A stretch of 64,000 nt of DNA from Octopus vulgaris (taxonomy: Eukaryota), in contig OX597823.1 of assembly GCA_951406725.2 (NCBI GenBank), forward strand, positions 23,126,001 to 23,190,000, written 5' to 3'. Below the pieces are notes generated by a model. It saw only the letters and a program-made list of their open reading frames with translations, did not search any database and was not told the DNA's origin. A program made the translations under genes and the position numbers. Positions 56,457 through 64,000 of this stretch are shown piece after piece (position 1 is the stretch's first letter; each line of letters starts with the position of its first letter).

Positions 56457-56955
56457 CTGAAAAATTAAAATAACAGCATATTAATCATTTATATTGATTA
56501 ACATTTCAATTAAGTGACTTACAATATTATATAAATATGAAAAACATCTAAAGAATTTACTGTCTTAAATTACTAAAATATACTGCTTTCATAATCATCG
56601 TTTAATGTCTGGTTTCCAAGCTGGCATGGGTTAGACTGACTGAAAACTAGCAAGCCTAGTTCCAATCTGATTTAGCATGGTTTCTACAGCTGGATGCCCT
56701 TCCTTACACCATTGTTAAAACGATGATGTTGCCTTTAAACATGTAGAGCACGTGTAAGGTGTTATACCACTTCATTCCTCTAACCGACCACCTACTCTTA
56801 TAGGTGGTTGGTTATCACTTATCCTTTTAAGTTTATTTGTAATTTCTTTTCTTTATGCTTATCATTAAAACTTGGTATGTATCTGAATGTTACTGTTTAA
56901 TTTATCTCAACATAATTTTAATACAAAGTCTATATTGATTATAAAAAATACTTAC

Positions 56956-56976
56956 TCTTTAGCAGCCACCTTCTTC
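56956..56976 (-). CDS. RPL7: RPL7 microexon, 21 nt (G AAG AAG GTG GCT GCT AAA GA; KKVAAK)
   Basis: ttcttttcattttAG / GTAAGT; phase 2-2. Confidence 0.82.
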
Positions 56977-57995
56977 CTAAAATGAAAAGAAAAAAAAACA
57001 ATTATTTTAAAATTTAAGAGACGAAAATTCTAGTTAGCTTTAAATTCATTGCAATACAAGTCATTTCTAAACTATCCCTTTTCCTCAATAACTAAGAAAT
57101 TAACCATTACAAAATTAAATGAAAAATATTTAATCCTTTAGCAACCAACCAAAATATTTGACCCATTTTATATTCAAACTGACTAGATCCAACCTTTCCA
57201 ACATACCCCACAATGCCATTCTAAGAATAAAAAACTGTCACACCATTGAAATCTCAAAGCTATGAGATGATGCATGGTTAATACAAAGCAATATGATTAA
57301 AATAAGCATTACATTTTAACAATCCGAATGCTAATGGATTAAATCTCTGAAATTCTACTAGAATACTGAAAACACTTGTTTACAGTACCATAAACTAACC
57401 AGATTAACAGTTTGTATAACAAAATTTCAATGTAAATTTTATTAAATCATTGATCATTAGGTAAACGCTTATATATAATCTGACATAGATGTACCAAATC
57501 TTATGTTCTCTTGGAATTAGGCCATTTCTATAACATTCTACTCTTTTTTAAAAATTATACGAACTTCAGATTTAGGAGTAGCAAGTAAATTAGAAAGATT
57601 TCCAAAGGGAGTAGCTACAGAGAGACAAAGAACAAGTATAATCTACAGCAGAGTTTGAACAAAATGTGAATAGAATTTGCACAGCTATACTGAAAGCAAT
57701 AATGAATTGATTCTGGTAAGTAAACAGAGTGAAAATATTTTCCCTATTTTATATTTGTCCTGGTTAATATACATGGCAATATTTAAAATTTAAATCTCAT
57801 TGAAATTACATATAGCGTAGCTTGCAGAACCTGTCAGTTGTACTCCAAATATCACTTGAAAATAATAAACTTTGTTTTCTATGAAACTAACTTAGAAAAT
57901 TCATTAAAACACATTATAGTTAAAGTGTACTAATAAAACACGTAAAAACTTATATTGAATATTTTAATAAGTTTTATAAGCAAAATAATACTCAC

Positions 57996-58016
57996 TCTAC
58001 AGGTTTCTTTGCAACT
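57996..58016 (-). CDS. RPL7: RPL7 microexon, 21 nt (A GTT GCA AAG AAA CCT GTA GA; VAKKPV)
   Basis: aatttttcAG / GTGAGTATTAT; phase 2-2. Confidence 0.82.
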
Positions 58017-58512
58017 CTGAAAAATTTAAATTATATCATATGAAAAGTGGTTTTCAATATTCATAATATAGGCAAATTTAAATAAAAAGATTAATGCTTA
58101 AATAACTCAATATTAAAGTGTAGAGGTTTGATTATACTCAGAGAAGTGTATAAACTGATTTTCTGTTTTAGAATTATAGTTAGAAGCTGACTTTCTTCAC
58201 TTTTGTTAAGATGTTTCACAACAATAGATGTTCAATGCCCATTCAATTCAATCTATTGATACTGTTAATTCTTTTCATACTATGAAACACAATGTCTAGT
58301 TGTTTGCTGTTAATCAAAATCATTACAAACTTTATTACTATAACATTGTTTTAACACTTTCGATGATAAATTATAATAAAAAAAAAATTAAAAAAAGAAA
58401 AATACTTAGGAAGATTTTAGTTTGAAACACCAAGACTAACAAAAACAAGGCAGTTGCTTCTAATCATTTATATCTCCAACAAAATACATTACTTAATTAA
58501 CTTTATACTCAC

Positions 58513-58536
58513 GGCTTCTTTGCTACCTTCTTCTCC
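58513..58536 (-). CDS. RPL7: RPL7 microexon, 24 nt (G GAG AAG AAG GTA GCA AAG AAG CC; EKKVAKK)
   Basis: ccttatttttgtAG / GTGAGT; phase 2-2. Confidence 0.82.
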
Positions 58537-59227
58537 CTACAAAAATAAGGAGAAAAACGTTTAATTATCTACATTTTACTATTATGTGTTTAAAATAAAA
58601 CGGCTATACTGAAATATTCATCAGAAAGATTAGAAAGACAACAAAAGTCCCACGAAGTACATGGTTCAAAACTTCTGTTGAAAAATTATGGTTAGCATGA
58701 AAGCAACTCCAAAACACTAAGACAAAAAATAAATTTAAAAATCAGATTTCAAGTTATCTCTCTCATCTATATATGTATTCACCTCTTCAGCAAGACACTT
58801 GCCAATTTCATATCTCTCAGTATCATACCAAACGTAGTTGGCTGGTGCCACACACATACAAGCACCTAGCTAACTTTCAAGTGGCTGTCATTAGGAAGGG
58901 CATCCAGCTATAAAAAAGAGCATGCCACAGTAGACACTGGAGTTCAGTGCAGCCCTCTGGCCCATCAGTTCATGTTGAACCATACAACCCAAACAACATG
59001 GAGTATACAGTTCAACATGAACCAGACATCTATTACTGAAGAGATGGGACATGTTGAAATCGCGTGATCAGGCAGTTCCAGCATCCATAGCTGGGGATTC
59101 TTATCTGCCAGTACCATGCATGTGCTTATATGCACATTGCATCCACAGGAGGTCTTCGAGTTAGATAAAATGGAGTATTTGACACTAACAATATCCACAA
59201 TATGTTGGAAATAGATTGCATTTTTTT

Positions 59228-59266
<39 letters not shown>

Positions 59267-59464
59267 ATGCTAGCACGGAAAGTGGACTCTAAATGATGGT
59301 GATATATAGAGAGAGAGAAAGCAAGAGAGACACTGAGTGAATTAAGCAGACATGATGTAATAGTGAAACTGAAATGTCTGACAAAAGCAGTTCTGTCATG
59401 GACAGCATCTATGTCTGTTCCTATCTACTTATAACACATGACAAACCAAAGCATCACAATTTAA

Positions 59465-61443
59465 CCCTTTAGTGTTCAAGCCAGCCGTAACCAGCCAAAA
59501 TTAATTCCCCTTTATTTGTTCAAACTGGCTGTATCCGACCGCTCTACGAAATCGCTAAAAAAATAAACAAATCGCGTTATTAAATTCTCGTAGCTTTGAG
59601 ATAATGTGAGATGAAGCCTTTCCCCCTTTTATTTAAGTATAAATACTGTGAAATTGTTTAGACCACATGGTCATTTCCACGTTTTGAAGAGAAGTGTATA
59701 CGTTTGTTGTGAAAGAAATGGCGACAGCAAGTAGCGATTCCGACTTTGAAGGTTTTACTATTGATGATATTGAAAATATCAACGAAAAAAAAAGGACTTT
59801 GACTTTGGATTAATCTGATATTGATATCAGTGATTACTCGTCGGACGAAGAAGATTTTGATAATGAAAGTGATGAAAACGATATTGTAAACAAGGCAACA
59901 TGGTCGAAAATTACGACACCAATCACAATTTCTGATTTTACAGAAAACACTGGTCCACAACATAATTTACCTCCTGATGCTCAACCACTGGACTATCCAT
60001 TTTATTTTTGCCTCAAGGTTTTTTTGAAAATGTTGCGGAGGAAATGAACAAATATGCGCAACATTTAATTTCTGTTCGAGGAAGAAACGATCCGCTATGG
60101 CAGCCAACTAATACTGTGGAAATGAGAGCATTTTTCACAATTAATATTATGTTTGGAGTTAAACAGCTTCCTCGACTGTGGAACTATTGGAGTCTCGATG
60201 TAAGGTATGGCGACCCATATATTTCGAGCATCATGTCGAAGACGAGGTATTCGAAAATATCTCGGTATTTGCATTTAACTGATTCTGCCAATGCCCCCAA
60301 CAAAAACGACCCAAACTACAATCCCCTGTACAAAGTACGTCCCGTGATAGATTCACTTGTAAATAATTATAAAACTGTTTATTTACCTAGGAAAAATCTC
60401 AGTGTAGATGAAGCCATGATAGGCTATAAGGACAGAGTACATTTTCGGCAGTACATGCCTGCCAAACCTACTAAATGGGGGATCAAGGTATGGGAAGTTT
60501 GTGAATCAGACGGGATACTGTGTAAACTTCGTTGTTTACACAGGTAAGAAGTATAATGGGAAAAGACCGCATGGATTGGGACATGATGTTGTATGGTCCC
60601 TTACACAACCTTTTCACCATCAGCACCGACACCTCTATTTCGACCATTTTTTTTCTTCAGTGGCTTTGGCTGAAAATCTGGCCCATGTAAGCACTTACAT
60701 GTGCAGCACTGTTATGGGAAACCATAAAGGTTTACCCCATGAAATAAAAACAAAATTTAAAAAAAGAGGGGACATTTTGCAAATGCAAAAAGAAAATTTA
60801 TTAGTTACTGCATTTAAAGACAAAAGATTTTATTTCTGTCTTCTAACGAACAACCTGGTGTTGGTGCTGAGGAGAAACCCCTCGTGAATATTTGTTACAA
60901 CAAATATATGGGTGGGGTAGATAAATCCGACCAACATCGGGCATATTACCTAGTTGGTCGACCTGGGAAGAAATGGTGGAGGTACATTTTGTGGCTTTTA
61001 GTTAATTTAACTATAGTAGAAAAAGAGTAAAATCTTGTACCGATTACACCTGTATTTTAATTAATTAAAATAATGTACCTCATCTTGAAAAATGTAAAAT
61101 TGTTGGCCGTTGACATCCAGGATAATTTTAGCAGCAAATCAAACAGGTAAGATGTATTAAGAATATGAAGTTTAGTGTATATTCATAATGTTATTGTTTT
61201 TACACCTGTTAATTAAATTCACCTGCCCATAAAAGTCAAATTTAGTAAGAAAGATCAGCTAAAATTACGTAATTATAAACCACTGGCATATAAGCACCCA
61301 TTTACAAAGTTTCAAAGCTGTATGTAGAAAATTAACAAAGTTACAAGTAAATATTGTGGACACCCCACTTGAACTTGAATAAATCAAACTTAATGTGAAC
61401 AGATAAGCATTACATTTGACAAATTAATCTGAACACTAAAGGG
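59465..61443 (+). mobile_element. piggyBac DNA transposon with frameshifted transposase, in an RPL7 intron
   Basis: TTAA on both sides (59461-59464, 61444-61447); 14-bp TIR CCCTTTAGTGTTCA / TGAACACTAAAGGG. Transposase motifs LSVDEAM, YMPAKPTKWGIKVW, LYFDHFFSS and YNKYMGGVDKSDQ lie across several frames from ATG 59718. Confidence 0.93.
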
Positions 61444-61669
61444 TTAAATAAGCAACACTCATTTGCAATTTAGAAATTTCATAGTTTTTCACAGCAAGAA
61501 ACCCAATGAAACAGCATAAACAATTAAACCATACACCTATAAGCTCTCTCTGGTACGCAAATACTAAAGTTTGTTTAATGATTTAAAACTGTCAACAAAA
61601 CAATCAGTTGAGAAAGAAAATCATTTATATCTCCAACAAAATACATTGTTTAATTAACTTTATACTCAC

Positions 61670-61693
61670 GGCTTCTTTGCTACCTCTTTCTTC
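61670..61693 (-). CDS. RPL7: RPL7 microexon, 24 nt (G AAG AAA GAG GTA GCA AAG AAG CC; KKEVAKK)
   Basis: ttcttatttttatAG / GTGAGT; phase 2-2; paralog of the 58513 exon. Confidence 0.82.
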
Positions 61694-62435
61694 CTATAAA
61701 AATAAGAAAAAAAAACGTTTAATCATCTACATTTTACTATTATGAGTTTAAAATAAAACGGCTATACTGAAATATTCATCAGAAAGATTAGAAAGACAAC
61801 AAAAGTCCCACAAAGTACATGGTTCAAAACTTCTGTTGAAAAATTATGATTAGCATGAAAGCAACTCCAAAACACTGAGACAAAAAATAAATTTAAAAAT
61901 CAGATTTCAAGTTATCTCTCTCATATATATGTATTCACCTCTTCAGCAAGACACTTGCCAATTTCATATCCCTCAGTACCATACCAAACGTAGTTGACAG
62001 ATCCTGTCTTAAAGGTATTTGATGACCTCACCAGTGCTGGTGCCACACATACAAGCACCTAGCTAACTTTTAAGTGGCTGTCATTAGGAAGGGCATCCAG
62101 CTATAAAAAAGAGCATGCCACAGTAGACACTGGAGCTCAGTGCAGTCCTCTGGCCCATCAGTTCATGTTGAACCATACAACCCAAAACAACATGGAGTAT
62201 ACAGTTCAACATGAACCCGACATCTATTACTGAAGAGATGGGACATGTTGAAATCACGTGATCATGCAGTTCCAGCATCCATAGCTGGGGATTCTTATCT
62301 GCCAGTACCATGCATGTGCTTATATGCACATTGCATCCACAGGAGGTCTTCGAGTTAGATAAAATGGAGTATTTGGCACTAACAATATCCACAATAAGTT
62401 GGAAATAGATTGCATTTTTATATATATATATATAG

Positions 62436-62466
<31 letters not shown>

Positions 62467-62772
62467 AAGAGAGCAAGAGAGACACAGTGAATTAAGCAGA
62501 CATGATGTAATAGTGAAACTGAAATGTCTGACAAAAGCAATTCTGCCATAGACAGCATCTATTTCTGTTTCTATCTACTTATAACACATGACAACCAAAG
62601 CATCACAATTTAAACAGTGTGGTTCAAGAGCCACATATATAACTTTAACAGTGTCCAGAAATATTTTCTAGTGAATTATGATTGCATATTAAAATCATCT
62701 TTTAAAAAAATTAAGACAAATGGCTATCACTAAGAACTTGTTACACACAACAAAGGTGACAAAAATACTTAC

Positions 62773-62790
62773 TTCTCCACTTTCTTTGGC
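62773..62790 (-). CDS. RPL7: RPL7 microexon, 18 nt (G CCA AAG AAA GTG GAG AA; PKKVE)
   Basis: ttttcttcttttctAG / GTAAGT; phase 2-2. The ATG exon was not found and presumably lies beyond the window. Confidence 0.8.
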
Positions 62791-62967
62791 CTAGAAAAGA
62801 AGAAAATATTTTGTTTAGTTACATGATATATTTACAAACATGGGATTATTGTTAATGTATTTCATGTATCGATATGAAACTTTTTATTACCAGTAATACT
62901 TTATACTTTTAACTTTACTAAAGCCAATTTCCATTTACTCTTGCTGTTCTAATTGTCTTTTCCTTAA

Positions 62968-63188
62968 CCCTTTCGTTACCAACCCGGCTGAAACCAGCTC
63001 TGGCTCTTTAGTATAAATGTCTTGTTTTCATAAGTTTTGAATTAAAATCTTCCACCAAATCTTAGTCACAATTTATGTTCTTAACACTAGCTGAATGATA
63101 ACTAAGTTATTTTACTAAATTCTTTGTTATATTTAAAATAATTGGAAGAAACACAGAGCATCTCAAAATAAATACAGTAACGAAAGGG
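62968..63188. mobile_element. piggyBac-type MITE
   Basis: TTAA-CCCTTTCGTTAC ... GTAACGAAAGGG-TTAA. Confidence 0.85.
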
Positions 63189-63527
63189 TTAACAAGATTT
63201 TTTATATAATATCAATGTAGCAGTAGGACCAATATATAAAATATAAGGGGCTAAGGCAGTTTTGCACTTCTTGAAAAACACATTTAAAAAAAAAATTTTT
63301 CCCCGGATTCCTACATTTTAGATGTCAGAGATTTTTTGTTTCCTGTTTTAGATGACAGAGATTCCGAATATGCAAGAAACCACGTTTTCACAATTTTAAA
63401 TTCAATAAGCATATAGATATGTGTATGAAGATAGATAGATCTGTCTTCCTGGGGCTAAAAACAATAGTAGGACCACCACATTTAGTTGACAAATGTATTT
63501 TATGAATAAACGGACAAATGGAAGAAA

Positions 63528-64000
63528 TTGGTCAAAAATAATATACGACCCTGGTTATGGTATGGAAGTGATAAATTCCAGACTACATCGTTCCCTAGGC
63601 CATGCCAACTAACATTATTTTCCCTGTATAAAAACTAAATCTACCGCAGCACTCAGTATTTTGATTCACAAACTTTGATCCCCCATTTTGTGTTTGTTTA
63701 CAATCTGCCTGAATTTGTTTCCGCATTGATCGCTTCAAACAATAACTTCCAGACCACATCGTTCCCTAGGCCATACTGACTAACATTAGTCTCCCTGTAT
63801 AAAAACTAAATCCACACCAGTACCCAGTATTTTGCTCCACAAATTTTCCAAACTTTGAACCCCCATTTTGTGTATCTGTGTAATTTGTTTCCGAAGTGAT
63901 CGCTTCAAACAAGCATACTGAAAAAAATAAAAGTCGAATGGTTTCACTCCCTAAGAAAGACCATAGATAAACTCTATCTCCTCAGAAAAATTGCTAATAA
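63528..64000. mobile_element. Third copy of the same non-autonomous family, running off the window end
   Basis: Same internal block, with an internally duplicated subunit as in the 44998 copy. Confidence 0.7.

Larger units (their letters stand above)
54380..56850. repeat. Three tandem copies of a microexon+intron unit
   Basis: Units start at ~54380, ~55218 and ~56300 (tacagctgagt.gat..gagcaat...); each contains one microexon. Confidence 0.9.
58462..62613. repeat. ~1-kb direct duplication (58462-59464 and 61619-62613), each copy with a 24-nt microexon
   Basis: Near-identical by eye apart from a ~37-bp indel and the microsatellite region. Confidence 0.9.

Noticed and set aside
59030-59072. 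CTGAAGA...GAAA-TCRCGTGA-TC hammerhead-like motif (also at ~62225-62267)
   Set aside because: No helix I pairing and only a weak helix II; not supportable.
62939-62948. Possible additional RPL7 microexon (AG-10 nt-GTAAAT)
   Set aside because: Not frame-preserving, weak splice sites, and no similarity to the Lys-rich microexon family.

Overview
AT-rich, microsatellite- and transposon-dense animal genomic DNA. The SINE/(TA)n/(CAT)n landscape suggests a coleoid cephalopod such as Octopus (inference). Two intact protein genes are visible. The first is the large terminal exon of a TASK-type two-pore K+ channel (+, 24683-25494; exon 1 not found in the window). The second is a 60S ribosomal protein L7 (uL30) gene on the minus strand (45720 to beyond 62790). 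The most striking feature is that this RPL7 gene has at least ten 18-24 nt microexons upstream of the conserved core. All are frame-preserving phase 2-2 exons with canonical splice sites. Together they encode a ~71-aa Lys/Ala/Pro/Val-rich, histone-H1-tail-like N-terminal extension, and the array has been growing by local duplication of exon+intron units. Other finds: an apparently intact type I hammerhead ribozyme and several degenerate ones in Penelope-like termini inserted in (TA)n tracts; four long near-perfect palindromes; a spliced pseudogene of unknown family (39540-40557, -); a piggyBac element with TIRs and TTAA TSDs plus related MITEs; mariner/Tc1 elements; tRNA-derived SINEs; and RTE/CR1/L2 fragments. 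Nearly all listed ORFs outside these features are microsatellite artefacts.
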